A stretch of 64,000 nt of DNA, taken from Oikopleura dioica (taxonomy: Eukaryota; Animalia; Chordata). Below the pieces are notes generated by a model. That model worked only from the letters and a program-made list of their open reading frames with translations. It was not told where the DNA came from and did no database searches. Of the stretch, positions 1 through 13,512 are shown in pieces; the stretch's first letter is position 1, and each line of letters begins with the position of its first letter. The position numbers and the translations under genes were made by a program. The stretch lies in assembly GCA_907165135.1 (NCBI GenBank), contig OU015566.1, positions 8,804,001 to 8,868,000 on the forward strand. The letters are read 5' to 3'.

Positions 1-454
1 TAATAGACTTAGTATACCCTTCTCTCTTGAGAAATCCTCCTCCACAGCTGGGTACCTGGGATACCCAGCAAAGTGCCCAGTGATGTCGTAGGCCTAGACT
101 CACTGGGACTTCTGGCTAAGATGGAATGTCGAGGGAAAATGGGAAATCTCCTCGATATAAAAAAACCGCAAATGACGATGAGTCTCACCAGCTCGGGAGG
201 TTCTTTCGGGTCCCCAAGAAGGAGGATGAAGGATCTTGACACTGCCTGGACAACAGTGAAAAGTCCGATGAATCTTCCGCCGCTCGAAAGTTTTGTATTA
301 ATTTTCAATAGAAGCAACAATCGTTTCAATTAATTTTAACATGAAAAAAGTTTTCGTGACGGGCCGCTATTAACAGCACGATGCTTCCTGTCTTCTAAGC
401 ATCAAATATTATTACTTAGTCAGCACTCTCTTTTTACGAAACATGACTGTTCAG

Positions 455-2257
455 GAGATTTACGAATCTGGGAAACGGAAAAGAAACGGCGTCTTCTTGC
501 CAGCAAAACGAGTATACATGACAAGTCCTTTTCCGGATGCGGGACATTGGCGCTTGACACAAATCCAAATAAAAGTCACATCGTTACAGTCGGAGCAGAC
601 AATCTTGGCCACATTTGGTGGCTCAATGAGTCAGGTGAGTTTTGCCTCTTTCTTAGGGAGGATTAGAATCGCATGCTTTCGGCAAATGGAATGATATTTT
701 CGAGTGTTACAAAGCTAAATAACTAAATACGGCTCTTAACTATCATGCGTAAGCGTGACTTTTGTCAAGTGCTTTTAGAAAACTATGAGATCATTCGTTT
801 GCAAAGTGTTTGCAAAAAGTTATTTTATTAATGTCTTTTTTGAGCCAATGAGTTATTAAAGAGCGTTCTAAAGCTCCGTGCCGAAATACGCAATAAATAT
901 GAAATAGGCGTAATCCTGCTCTCCTTTGTTAGCTGAGTCCATCTAAGATTAACTGTAGATATGATTATCCATTTCCAAAATAACGATTGATGTAGGACGT
1001 CGGCCATGTATCGATCTGGTGCTAAACCTGCGAAGCCACACTGCGCCCGTGAATTGCGTGAAATATTCACATGATCACTGTCTTATTGCTACCGGCTCAA
1101 TCGACAAGGTGCCTTATTACACAATACATAATATATATTATGAAGAGAATATGAAATGATAAACAAAAGTAACATCGCTCCTAGAATATTTGCATTTGGA
1201 CAGCAGCAGATGGAGCCCTTATCCGACAGATTGAGCAGCACACAGGCTCCGTTTTGTCACTTTGCTGGAATAGAGAGTCGACATCGGTCATTTCAGGTAC
1301 AATTTGAATAGGTGAAATAACGGGTCAAGCTGTTTCATACCAAGTTCACGTTTTTCTTGCATAACTTGAAAACGCGTTACCTGGAGTTATGTATATCTTG
1401 AAATCAGCTCGGGAATACCTCTGTCGATTCTCGTGGATTTTTATAAAATTCACATGTTGAATGAAATTATTATTCCTGGGCTTATCTTAGGATTTCTTCA
1501 GAAATACAAATCCATTTTTCTCGATATCAGCAAACCAGACGCGGTTTCATTTTGGAACCTAGAGTCACTACGGCCTGTCAAAATTATTTGATAACATGCT
1601 ACCCGGCACCTTGTTGAGCCACCTTTGCTTAGAGCTCTTCGGCATTTGAGAGTTGCGCCTAATATAGAAATTTACAAACTCTTGAATTAGCTCATCAATT
1701 TCTCAGGTGGTGCTGACAAGACGGTGCGGCGGCTGTACATCCAGAGTGAAAACGTGGCCGAGCCGCCGGAATTATGCTGCCCGATCACACATTCGCTCAT
1801 GCTAGACTGTGTCACTGCTGATGACGGGAACAACTACTCCAGAGCCGGCATCGAAGAGTGGTTTTCAAAAGGTAAAGAAAGAGTGGAATAGATTCATTAG
1901 AGCGGAAAGCCGGGACTTAGCTACGTAGCCCACTGATTCTCACTGATTATTTAGCCCAGGTTTCGGTCAGATACGAAACTCTTATCTGTGCTAAGCCAGT
2001 GTGTCTTTCAACTACGTGCCCAGATATACCTATTTCTGTGGCTTTTTAAGCTCCTTGCGTTCCATTGAACAAACGCAGCCCCTCATGAGGCCACTGCCTT
2101 TGTTCAGTGAAAAGGCATTTAATTGGAGTAATTAGATTTATTATTCTTAGGCTCCCAAACTTCGCCACTTACCGGACTGCCGATTAAAAGAGATCTGACG
2201 GCGAACTCGGAGATTTCCCAACGGGCGTGGGATTTCGTTAACCAGCAGCAGATATAA
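455..2257 (+). CDS. WDSUB1: WD40-repeat + C-terminal U-box protein (WDSUB1-like), multi-exon; 5' end unresolved
   Basis: Manually translated exons give WD40 repeats: GDLRIWET...HIVTVGADNLGHIWWL (455-633), HTAPVNCVKYSHDHCLIATGSIDK-NICIW and QHTGSVLSLCWNRESTSVISG-GADKTVR. They are followed by a U-box, PPELCCPITHSLMLDCVTADDGNNYSRAGIEEWFSK...TSPLTGLPI, with a stop at 2255-2257. A SAM domain was not clearly recognised. Confidence 0.72.
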
Positions 2258-2419
2258 AAGTAGTGCGAAGAAAAGAGAAGAAGAAGCAAGAGAACAACTT
2301 CTATGTCCTTCCATAGAAATGATCACTTTCTGTTACGTGTTTATCTATCATTTAATTATTGTATATTCGACCATTGTTACTTATCCTTTATTCTGAGTCC
2401 CGTTGCCTCAAGACTTCAA

Positions 2420-3421
2420 ACTCCATCTTTTACTTCATTCTCCTTCAAGCGCCCCATTCCTTCCCAAGTCCTTCTTTAGCGATCACATTCCTCGTATGCA
2501 AATCCTTTGTTCTACAGAAAATCCCTGCTTCATAAAAAATTCTCGAGTCAGCCTCAGAATCCTTTGCTTTCAGATTGAAGGACTTGAATTCTCATTTCAA
2601 TTACGAGTTGATTAATGCACACGCCGGAGAGTGGTAACGTGACGAAACATCTTTTGCATATCGCGCGCCCAGACTTTTGTCAAAAAGAGCAACGAAAACG
2701 AAAGAGACGGCTAATCGGCTCTCTTCGAGCTCCAACCGGTGCCAAAATGATAAGATACAACTTGAGAGTGCTCCAAGAGCTTCGTTCCAGATTTTCGCCG
2801 AATACCATTTTGCAAGTATTACGCTTTATTTTACATGAAATTAACCTGACAGATGCTACCTTATCTTATATTATTCGAAGAGAAATCCTCTTTCAGTGTT
2901 AGGCGCATCCATTCAACATCAATTGGTTGATCCCCTTGATGTATCTTTCGCAGTCATTTTCCTTGAAAAACCTAACAATAGGATTTTATCAATTAGCTAC
3001 TCAAGTCGGAGAAAAGCACGAAAAATCATCATTTTCTCAATAATTCACTTGTTAAAAATGGGTATTTGAACAAACCACATCCGCTAGCCTTGCCCGGGAA
3101 CTCTGCTCCAGTCCAATTAATCGAATGCGTTATCATTTTTCCGCCGCGAATGTAGCCGTTTTTCGTAATAATCGAGCCACAGGCGCTGGATAACGGCCCT
3201 GATTAGCGAAATTCTTCATTAGTGAGGAATCCTTCGGGAATAGTGAACTGGAGAATAATTCTTGCTGATCGTAACCATCATCAAAGAGGTTCCCAGGTTC
3301 ACGGATATAACCCGCACAGGAGCAGCGAAAATTGCGGAGCAATGCACTTTCGCCACCTGCAATTTATTTAGATGTCCAGCAAAAAGGTTTATTTACCCTC
3401 CGAATGCTCGTTAATTGACAT
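2420..3421 (-). CDS. Possible uncharacterised multi-exon gene
   Basis: Exon-like open segments with splice-like ends on the minus strand: MSINEHSE|GGESALLRNFRC..., VILAKWYSAKIWNEALGALSS...ACALIN and LKAKDSEADSRIFYEAG...GKEWGA*. They could not be joined into one consistent frame and no family was recognised. Confidence 0.3.
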
Positions 3422-4130
3422 CAAGTGTCAAGCTCTCTTTGATTCTTGACAAGTTGCGTAAATCGAAAAATGTTTATCTCGTCAAGTTGCTGAAGAAACT
3501 GCTGTTTTTATGCAGATTTCTTTTCAGGGAAGCAAAAAGAGTTATAACCTGCTCTTCTGGTAAAAGGGATTGGTGACTTGTTAGATAAGATTTGACGAAA
3601 ATATTATGAAGCGTTTAAAGCGTCTTCGAGACTGAATTTATTCTTTTCTATCCGTTTTAGGTTCCACATCATTTTACCACATTTTGAAGGAAGCCATTTG
3701 AATATTTGATAGTTGTCCATAAAACACTACCCCTAGTAAAAATCAATCCAAATTTATCCCTTCGCACTAACCATTGAGCCCCTTATTCACCATACAATCA
3801 CTTGCTCGTTTCACAAACCATTTAGACCACATTCACCAAGCAATTCGTTCCACAATAAGTTGCCATCCAGTTTTTTCCTTCATAACTACATGATTCAGCG
3901 AATCTCAATCATGCCGGACAGTCATAGAGCGCGCGTTGCTCGCGCAACGCATGCGCTAACCACTTGGTTATGGTCGCTCATGATTACGCTGAGAGCGCCA
4001 CCTGCCCGCTCTAGCGCCGTTTCTTTGCGCTATTTATTGCGGACGATTTGAGCATTTCGACATCAAATTTTGAGAATACCGATAAGGTACAAACAACAGA
4101 AAACAACAAATTAGAAAAAATAACCCGACG

Positions 4131-4658
4131 ATGAAGTTGAGTATTTTTGCCACTGTTGCCGCCGTTGCCACCGCTGAAGAGGGACGAAAAGTTCCCCCAC
4201 GAACACCGGAACAGCGATTGAACAAACTGAAGAAATTCACCGCCGAGTGGACTAGCACCAACTTGAAAGAGCATCAGGCCAAACACTGGGCCGGTAAATT
4301 CGAGAACAACATCGCTAAGATCCAAAAGCGATTCAAGCACTGCGGATTCTTCGACCCCAATGTTCCCAACGGCGGCCCACGACCAGTCGAATCAGCCCGT
4401 CGACGACGAAACGCTGAAGACGATGATCTCGGCTTTGATGAGCTCCTCGATGGTGACGATGAAGTTATTGACACCCGATACGACAAGAACAACCCAATCC
4501 GAGGCATCAAACAAATCACCAAGGCCTTCGAAAAGTGGTCCAAGCGATACATCGCCGACTGCAAAAAGCAGCCAGCGACACAGGTCGGCAGAAACAAGCT
4601 CTGGTATTCTAAGCTTGTCGCTTTGCTCCAACGAAACATGGAACGAAGCCGCCAATAA
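4131..4658 (+). CDS. Intronless secreted orphan protein, 175 aa
   Basis: ATG ORF with signal peptide MKLSIFATVAAVATA, a basic helical N-half, an RRRR site, an acidic linker and a second basic helical half. AT-rich UTR-like flanks. Confidence 0.8.
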   Translation: MKLSIFATVAAVATAEEGRKVPPRTPEQRLNKLKKFTAEWTSTNLKEHQAKHWAGKFENNIAKIQKRFKHCGFFDPNVPNGGPRPVESARRRRNAEDDDLGFDELLDGDDEVIDTRYDKNNPIRGIKQITKAFEKWSKRYIADCKKQPATQVGRNKLWYSKLVALLQRNMERSRQ

Positions 4659-4914
4659 CCTCTTGTCAATACTGTAATTATCAATCTTCCCTGGGTGTGA
4701 CGTCAACTAAAAATTCAAATAAAACAAAAAAATTAAACATCTTCTTGTCTTTCTTTGCATTTTTGGCAGCACTGTTTTCAGCCTTTCAACGCATTCTTAT
4801 TCACAATTGTTGTCTTTCAAATGGAGAAGTATTATCTCTCATAACTTGTGTTATTCCAATGCAAGCACTTAGTTCTTACCGAAAGTATTAAGAATGAGGT
4901 AGTTTTCGGTGAAC

Positions 4915-7900
4915 ATGGCTCCTAATAAGGAGGAAAAGAAAGCCGCTAAGCGTGAGCGCATTGAAATCGAACGAGTTAAAAATCTCCCAACAGGTAACTT
5001 TCCACCTAAGTAGAGAAAACTTGACACCTTTTAGTCTTTTTGAGTAAAACGAATGAAGATTTTATTGTTTTACTGTGGCCAGCAAAGAAAGGAGAGGGAG
5101 AAAAACGACTCCGCGATGTTATTCGTAAGTTTGACAAGCGGAACTCGATTGATCTGTTATTAGATTACTCAAACATCTGGGAGATCCAAGCGATAGATGA
5201 TGGACTTACTGTATTTGTTCGATTCGGCAATGAGCTTGCTCATCCGACGAAGATCAACGCTGTTTGTGAAACGATCGAAGAAAAGAAGCGCCTGTTAGAT
5301 AGCATAAATTTCCGACGCGACAAGGATATTTGTCTTAGTTACTATGACATGATGCGCGTTTCCTATGATCAACTGAATGAATACGCTGAAGATATCAATG
5401 TGGAAGAAGTTGGCAAGTCCTTCCGTCTCAACTCGCGTCGCAAATATCAAACTGCTTTCAGAGCATGTACGCCTAACGTCGAGCAATATCTCCATTCAAA
5501 AACGTGGGAATCGTGGCGGCAACTTGCAGAAACTCTTTGTCCCCGAGAAGATATTAAGAAAGTCTGGCAAGAGGTCCTTGACGAATACAAGGTCGAGCAG
5601 GGAAAAGATCTTCCTCTCGTGAGCTTCGTAAACTGGCTCAACGAAACGATGCGGGACGAAAGGCTCAACGAAATTCTTTCGCCACCATTTACGATTGACG
5701 CTGATGTGAATCCGGAAAAGAACGGCGTTCCACAGATCCTTCAGAACATAGCAGACATTCACGGGTTCAAAATCGAGGACTTGAGCAGAGTCGACTACCG
5801 AACCTTCAAGGCGTTTATCGAATGGGAAACTGCTGTAAAATCAGATACATGGCTCAAAGTTAAAATCGAAACGATGGACTTTCCTCTTTCTCACTACTGG
5901 ATCGCCTCATCCCACAATACGTACTTAACGGGAAGGCAGCTAGGTGGAGAAAGTACGGTTGAAATATATCGCCAGGTGCTGCTTTCAGGATGTCGATGCA
6001 TCGAACTTGACTGCTGGGATGGGAAAAATGCGAACAAGGTAATTCAAAATTGGATAGAATAACTCAACCCCAGCGTTGCTCGAACGTTGCATTCTGAATC
6101 TGAACTTTTCTTTCTAGGGCGAGCCGATTATCACTCACGGAAATGCATTTTGCACAGAAGTAATGTTCATCGATGTAATTAAGGAAAGCCGATAGAAATG
6201 ATAAAACAACCGGGCTACTGGAGATCGAAGTATCTCTAAAAGAGATGAGACTGTTTTTTGTAGAAACTTCCTCTTGAATTCGAAGAAGAAAAGCACTTAA
6301 TCAAACCATGATGTAATCTTTACTGACTTCGAAACTTAGAAGCAACTTGGATAACAACAGTTAAAAATAATTTCGAATCGGTAATTAGGCAATTAACGAG
6401 ACGGCGTTTATGGCATCTGATTATCCAGTTATCCTATCGTTCGAAAACCACTGCTCGAAACCGAATCAACTTAAAATGGCCAACTACTGCGCTGGTGAAT
6501 AATGCTTTTGCAATGGAAATGAAATTATGACACTTGAAGTTGAAAATATTTTTAGAAATTTTTGGCGATGCTTTGCTTTCGCAGCCCCTGCTAAATCATC
6601 AGCTCGAGCCTGGGATAGACCTTCCTAGTCCAGCAATGCTGAAGGAATGGGTTTAATATTGGAAACAGTTTGTCTATCTTACTAAATTCTAGCGCGTCTT
6701 TTAGTAGCGACGAAATATGTTTCTTCATTGAATTTGGACAGTAAAAGCCTCCTTGCGTGTCATTTTGTAAACCCAACGTCCAGGGCCGGATCATCATCAA
6801 AAACAAAAAGCTCAGCCAGGCCGAAGAAACCACGATGTTGAACGCTTATTACGACGGACAGACGGATATCGTCCTGGCAGACGATCATAACGAAGAAAAT
6901 ACAGCAGATTACGATCAAATGAAAAACATGAACAAGAATCAGAAAAAGAATGAAACGGGCTCTGGCGAACAAAACTCGGAAAATACCGATAACACGTCTG
7001 AAACGGAAAAGTCTGTCGTCTACGATCTTCAAGGAGGGTTTTCACATAAACTAAGCAAGATCAAATTTGAGAATAGAAAAGTGGAGAGGATATTTCTATG
7101 CTTCGTTTACTTTTGTCGATTTTTTCACGAGGTATTACGGAATATGATCGATGTGGAATCCCCGTTTTAGTCAAGCACACGTCCTCGACGACAAAATCCA
7201 CCCGGTTCTATCAGCAATGATTAATTACTGCACCTCCGTGCGCTTTCCCGGCTTCGAGGAATCCTGGAATAACAACAAGCGCTACCAAATGTCGAGTTTT
7301 TCCGAAACGCAGGGTCTGAGCCACCTGGGTTCACGATCGCAGGAGTTGGTGTTATACAATGCCCGGCAGCTATCGCGTATCTACCCCAAAGGTCAACGTA
7401 TAGATTCATCGAACTACAACCCAACTGTCTTCTGGTCAGCCGGTTGTCAATTGGTGTCGCTCAATTATCAAACGCCAGACGAGCACTTTCAACTAAATCA
7501 AGGACGCTTTATGTCCAACGGAAGATGCGGCTATGTTAAGGGCTTTTAATCGCGACTTTATCTTTTCTTCTCGCACTTTTTGCCAGGAAATTGGCTCATG
7601 ATTTCGCTTATCTAATATAAGAGCCCTTGTCCAGTGCTCAAGCCGAAATTCATGGTAGAAACGCTCAAGAACCAGTACGACCCCTTTGGTGAGCGTTTGA
7701 TTCATCAAGTGCTCGCTGCTAGTTACGAGATTACTGTCATCTCGGGAATGTGGCTCGGCACCACCGATAATGTATACATTTCGATGGATTTACACGGTCT
7801 TCCGGCCGATTGCGTTACAAAGTTTAAAACGAAGAAGTCTAAAGGAACGAGTTCATAAACGCGGCGACACTTCGTCAACTTTCGCAATTGAAAAATGTAA

Positions 7901-9661
7901 TTGAACTCTAAAATAGGCCCGAATCCTTATTGGGGCTTCAGTCAGACATTTGTTTTGAAAAAAGTGATAGCACCGGATCTAGCGCTACTCAGAATCGCGG
8001 TCAACGATGAAACTTCTAACAAAGGTTTGCCTTGGAACAATCCTCTTCCGGTCATGGTAGCCACTGTGTTTATTCTTGTTTCTAGTGCTGGCGCAGCGAT
8101 GTTTGCCCATTGAGGATTTGCAATGTGGATATAGACATCTTCCGCTGACTTCAACATCTTGTGTTCCTCTCCGGATGAGCGCGTTGTTTATTAAGGCATG
8201 TTACGATTCTATCCTGTCCAAATTTGAATTTCTTACAGGTCAAAGCGTCGTGTTTTACGAAAAGTGAACACTCAGAATTTCTGGAGTGCTTGACTAATCC
8301 GACAACTGTCGCTTCCCGCTTCGATAAACGCATGGACATCCTATCTAACATCGGGATGGACACGGAAGGCGTTGAAAATGAGTGCCCAGATGCTCCTTTA
8401 GCCAAACCAAAACAAAGACAGAAGCCTTCTCCTTGGCTAGCAAATGATCATACAGAGAGTTTGCACCGTTCTGGCCCGGCGATGAAATCAGCTGTCCTCG
8501 AAAAACTAAAGGAGAAAGTAACAAAAGAAACAATCCTCTTCGAACCAATCGACATGCAATTCTGCGATGTGAAGCTTGAAATCTGTATTTACAAGCAGAA
8601 AAAGAAGTTCGGCCAGGTTTCTCAACGATACAAAAAGAAACTCATGAAAGAAAGCGAAAGAACAGCAAGTAGACTTCAAAAGATGAGAGCTTCTGGCGTT
8701 CAGGACGGAACTGATGAGATGAAGGAATTCTTGAGCTCCCGAGACAAAATCAAACAGGTCTGCTGATAGCTACTGAGGGATCGTTATTAATCCGAATTTC
8801 AAGATCGTCAATAAAAATGAATCCACGGAGAAGGGGGAGCTCTGGAGAGAGCTGGATCAAGAGCGAGTTAAAATTCTCAAAAAAGCGATCAACAAAAAAT
8901 GGCTAGAAGGTGAGCTCTCTTCTAAATTCATCATGAATTCTTTTATGATCGATTCTAATGGCGATTCTAATGATTCTATTTAAACGGTTATAAATTCAGA
9001 TCATAAACGCTTGAGTAAGCTCGTCAAAACGAATGAATCAGCACTTTCCGCTGAACAAGAGAAGATGAACTTCTGTAAGTACCCCTCAATACTAAAGTGT
9101 TAATCAAAGGAAATGCTCGATGCAACGTCTTCTGGCAAGAGTAAATTCATTATCGAACCTCGGAGAATTCACTCCGATGCCGATTTGATTGGACAGGGTG
9201 CGCCCACGTCCCTAGGCGAATTCAGGGCCGTTAGTTTCGATTTTCTATCAGTAGAAAACTGAAACGCCGATCTTTTTTATCTACTCTCATCTTCACCTCC
9301 TAATGCCCCTTTTCTTTCAGCGAAAACGCAAGAAGTGCTCGAGAAGAGCGAGGACAAAAGCAAAAAGGTCAAGGCCAAGATAATGAGAGAAGTAGCTGCT
9401 TCCAACGCTGAATACTTTGCTCATAACATCATTGCGATGGAGACAATTCACAAAAAATATGTAAATAGAAACACTTTCCGACGGCTTTCTATCAACAACT
9501 TTCAGTGGGATGTTTTTGCAGAGTCGAAAAAGGGAGACCTTCAAATCCTAACTGCGATCAGAAGACGCGAAGCCGAGCGCTTCAACGAAGAACTCTCGAT
9601 TGACTCAAATACAGTAACATCCGACCTAGCAGAACTTGAAGACATCGTGATAGAAGATTAG
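4915..9661 (+). CDS. PLCB: Phosphoinositide phospholipase C, beta type
   Basis: X domain [20 protein letters not shown]...[19 protein letters not shown] and [13 protein letters not shown] domain [18 protein letters not shown]...[12 protein letters not shown]2 domain ([19 protein letters not shown]) and a long basic coiled-coil C-terminus typical of the beta class. Confidence 0.93.
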
Positions 9662-10206
9662 CCATTTGTAGATTTTAACATGTTCATCCGTCCTCCATAC
9701 TGACCTTTTTCTCTTCGCACAACATTTGTTCTTTTATTTGACATTCTTTCTTCCTGCCTATCAACTTCAAAAAGACTTCTTTATTTTAAAGATAATTTAG
9801 AACGATTTTATTTTCAAATTTGACTCTCGTTTAAACTCAAAGCTTTTACCTTTTCCAAACGCCGTCCGAGTACCAAAACATCAGCAATTACCATTTAAAG
9901 AATTTGAAATCAATTGCCTCATTCATTCATTTTCTGTCCCGTGCAATGTATTAGCCAGATACCTTTAAATTTTCTGCGACCCAACTCACCAAAAATTTCC
10001 ATATTTCTTCAAACGTCGATCCAGCAAAAGTCAAAGAAAATCAATAGCGGCGAAACGCAGCTTGTTTGCGCTTCGCACTATTTTCATCGCGAATAAATAA
10101 AAAAATAGATCTACCTATTTCGTTTTTTTTTCTTCTAAAGAAAAATATTTGATAAGCGTTTGTTAGAGAAGTTTAAATTTAGAAAAATCCCTTTACACTC
10201 TTCAAT

Positions 10207-11840
10207 ATGGATGAAGAATACGATGTTGTCATTCTCGGAACTGGCCTTACCGAGTGCATTCTTTCTGGTGTCCTTTCCGTTCAGGGCAAAAAGGTCCTTC
10301 ACATGGACCGAAACTCGTACTACGGCGCTGAAGCTACTTCCATGACTCCTCTTGATCAACTTTACCAAAAGTTCGGCGAGGAAAAAGCTCCCGAGACCAT
10401 GGGCCGTGGTCGAGATTGGAACGTCGACATCATCCCAAAGGTTATTAATCACCATTCATCCCGCTTCTTATCGAATTTCTCAGTTTCTGATGGCCGATGG
10501 AAAGCTCGTCCAGATGCTCATCTTCACCGACGTCACTCGATACCTCGAATTCAAAGTCTGCGAGGGCTCTTACGTCCTTCAAGGAAGCAAGGTCCACAAA
10601 GTCCCTGCTTCTGAGACTGAAGCTCTCTCATCCGGCCTCATGGGCATGTTCGAAAAGCGACGATTCCGAAAGTTCCTGATCTTCACCAATGAATTCGATG
10701 AGAACAATCCTTCTTCATGGCAGGGCGTTGACCCACGAAGCACTCCCATGAGCGCTGTTTATCAAAAGTTTGGCCTCGACGCAAACACTCAGGTTCGCTT
10801 CTTACTTATCAATAAAACATTTTAATTCCATTCAGGACTTTGTTGGACACGCCATGTGCTTGTACAGAACTGATGACTACCTTCTCAAGCCATGCGGGGA
10901 AGCCATCAAAAAAGTCAAGCTCTACGCCTCTTCTTTGAGCAGATATGGCAAATCCCCATACTTGTACCCACTCTACGGTCTTGGCGAACTTCCCCAGGTG
11001 GGATAAATTTTAGAGCCTTGTTTTCAGTATTTTAGGGCTTCGCTCGTCTCTCTGCAATCTACGGAGGAACTTACATGCTTCACAAGCCTGTTGAAAAAGT
11101 CGAAGCCAAGGATGGTGCTGTCTTCGTCACTTCTGAGGGAGAGACGGTCAAGGCCAAGCAGGTTATTGGCGACCCAAGCTACTTTACCGACCGGTAAGAC
11201 AAGCATGTTCTTCAGTTGCTTACGTCAATCTAGAGTCGAGAAGAAAGGCGTTCTCGTTCGAGCCATCTGTATCCTAAACCACCCTATCCCCGGTACCAAT
11301 GACTCCGCTTCCTGCCAATTCATCCTTCCCCAAAAGCAAATCGGTCGAAGACACGGTAACACTTCCATCAAAGTACCTTTCCAGCAATTTAATTATTCAA
11401 GATATTTACATCTGCTCCGTGTCATCTGCTCATAACGTCGCCCCCAAGGGCAAATGGCTTGCCTTCATCTCCACAACTGCTGAGACGGCGAATCCACAAG
11501 GCGAATTGGAAGCTGCGTTCGCTAAATTGGGACCAATCGAGAAGAAATTCGTCTACACCCAAGATGTCTTCCATCCTAAGGCTGATCTTCCCGCTGATAA
11601 TGTAAATTTTCTTCATCTTGTCTCTGGTTAAACGTCTCTTTCTTCAGATCTTCGTTACAAAATCGTATGATGCTACTACACACTTTGAAACTACGTCTGA
11701 AGATATTATGAGAGTGTACAAGGAAGTTACCGGAAAAGACTTCGATTTTTCCGCCTGTAAAGTGAGTTAAACAGTCAACGTTTATTGGCAGCTCGTAATT
11801 CTCTATTTAGCGAACTATTGAAGACACCATTGAAGGATAA
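10207..11840 (+). CDS. GDI1: Rab GDP-dissociation inhibitor
   Basis: [21 protein letters not shown]...[20 protein letters not shown]|FLMADG and [17 protein letters not shown]|[11 protein letters not shown]. Short GT-AG introns. Confidence 0.97.
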
Positions 11841-12420
11841 ACTCGACTTATCAGCACACTTCATGCCCATATGAATATATGACACTACACTAGAATTTGA
11901 AAGAACCGGACACACTTTATTCTGCCTGATAAAAATCAAACGGGAACAGATCTTCTGGTCCTTTCTCAACTGTTTAACCATTATTTGCTTGTTCGTATCA
12001 CGTTCAAAAAAACAACAAACACATAAACCCCAGCTTGTCCCATTCATTATTTTCTACATGTGACATTTCATACTCAGATACTAACCGACTACCACGGCTG
12101 AGAGTCTCAGACGACAGTCGTTCTTCATACAAAACCCGTTTTTGTTCACTCATTTTTTCTGAATTTCTTCTAATGTTCCTATTTTTGTTCAAATCAGAGA
12201 AGGCAATTTCAATTTTCACTCTTCATTCTTTACTTTTTATTTAATATTTTGCGGCATATTTCATATTCCTTGAACAGAATTCAAATCCCCTTCGATATCG
12301 TGCAATTTCTCGTCTTGATTTAATAACGGACGTTCTAAGTTACTGTAATCAAACATTAATTAGGACTTTCATAAATAAATTTATTGATTTGAATCGCATT
12401 CAGGCAGTACGGTAGCAGAG

Positions 12421-13512
12421 ATGTCTGATGTTGATGAAGTTCTGTTGGAAGAGTCTGGAGCTGAGAACGACTTAGACGTAATTTAGCTTGACAATTTACT
12501 GGCAAATTATTCATTACTTCTTTTTAGGCATCGCTGGAGAACGACGACGCTGAAGATGACCCCGTAAGTTGGGGGTCGATACCCCAACCAATGATGCTCG
12601 AAATCTAGTCCCAGTTTTCTGTAGTCCTTGATTTCCGATAATTTTCATACCAAAAGAGCCATTGGATCGAAAAAAAACAAATTCAAAAAAATAAAGCTTT
12701 AGCAATTTTCATCAGATCCAAAAGATGCCACTTTATAGGCGCAAAAGAGCCATTCCCTCGCCTTTTCACGAAATTATATTTTGATGAATAAAAGATGCCA
12801 AAATCAGTTGAAATAATGTGATCAATCAATAGGAATTGGAAGCCATCAAGGAAAGAGTCAAGGCCATGGAAGCTGAGGCGGAGAAACTCAAGGAGCTACA
12901 GTCAGAGGTCGAAAGCCAGATGAGCATGGGCGACGGTAAGAAATATTCGATTTCTTTTATTTCATGAATATTTATACAAGCTGGTTCAGCGCCTATGGGA
13001 TCTGCAAACTTCCCTACGTTAGAGGAAAAGGTCGACGCTGACAACAGATCGATTTACATCGGACAGGTTGGCTTTCTATTGTGAAAATCCTGAAGGCCAA
13101 TTTTAAACATATCTTAGGTCGATTACTCGGCAACCGCAGAAGAACTTGAGCAACACTTTCACGGTTGCGGCGCGCTCAATCGAGTGACCATCCTCTGCGA
13201 CAAGTACTCTGGGCATCCGAAGGGCTTTGCTTACATTGAATTCACGGAGAAGGAGTCAGTTGACGCGGCGATCGCTCTTGATGGATCGATGTTCAGGGGC
13301 AGGCAGATTAAAGTCATGCCCAAGAGAACGAACAAGCCGGGCGTCAGGTAATTTTGATGTACTGAATGCATCATCAATTCGTTTTTTCTAGCTCAACCGA
13401 TAGAGGAGGCTTCCGCGGACGTGGAAGAGGCCGTGGCCGAGGCTTTTATGGTCGTGGTCGAGGACGAGCAATGTATAGAGGACGCGGTCGCGGTGGCTAT
13501 GCACCTTATTGA
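12421..13512 (+). CDS. PABPN1: Nuclear poly(A)-binding protein 1
   Basis: Acidic N-terminus, DP|[23 protein letters not shown] coiled coil, RRM (RSIYIGQ|[18 protein letters not shown]...[10 protein letters not shown]) and an RG-rich tail ending YAPY*. Confidence 0.96.

Noticed and set aside
9-333. ORFs 73-333 (+) and 9-329 (-)
   Set aside because: No motif was recognised. They may be upstream exons of the WD40/U-box gene but could not be joined.
1298-1480. Intron segment resembling MITE-internal sequence (CATAACT...AGTTATG inverted repeat)
   Set aside because: No matching terminal inverted repeat or TSD was found, so it is too weak to call.
3933-3956. GC-rich hairpin GCGTTGC-TCGC-GCAACGC and an NRF1-like GCATGCGC
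   Set aside because: A single short motif in probable promoter DNA, which can arise by chance.
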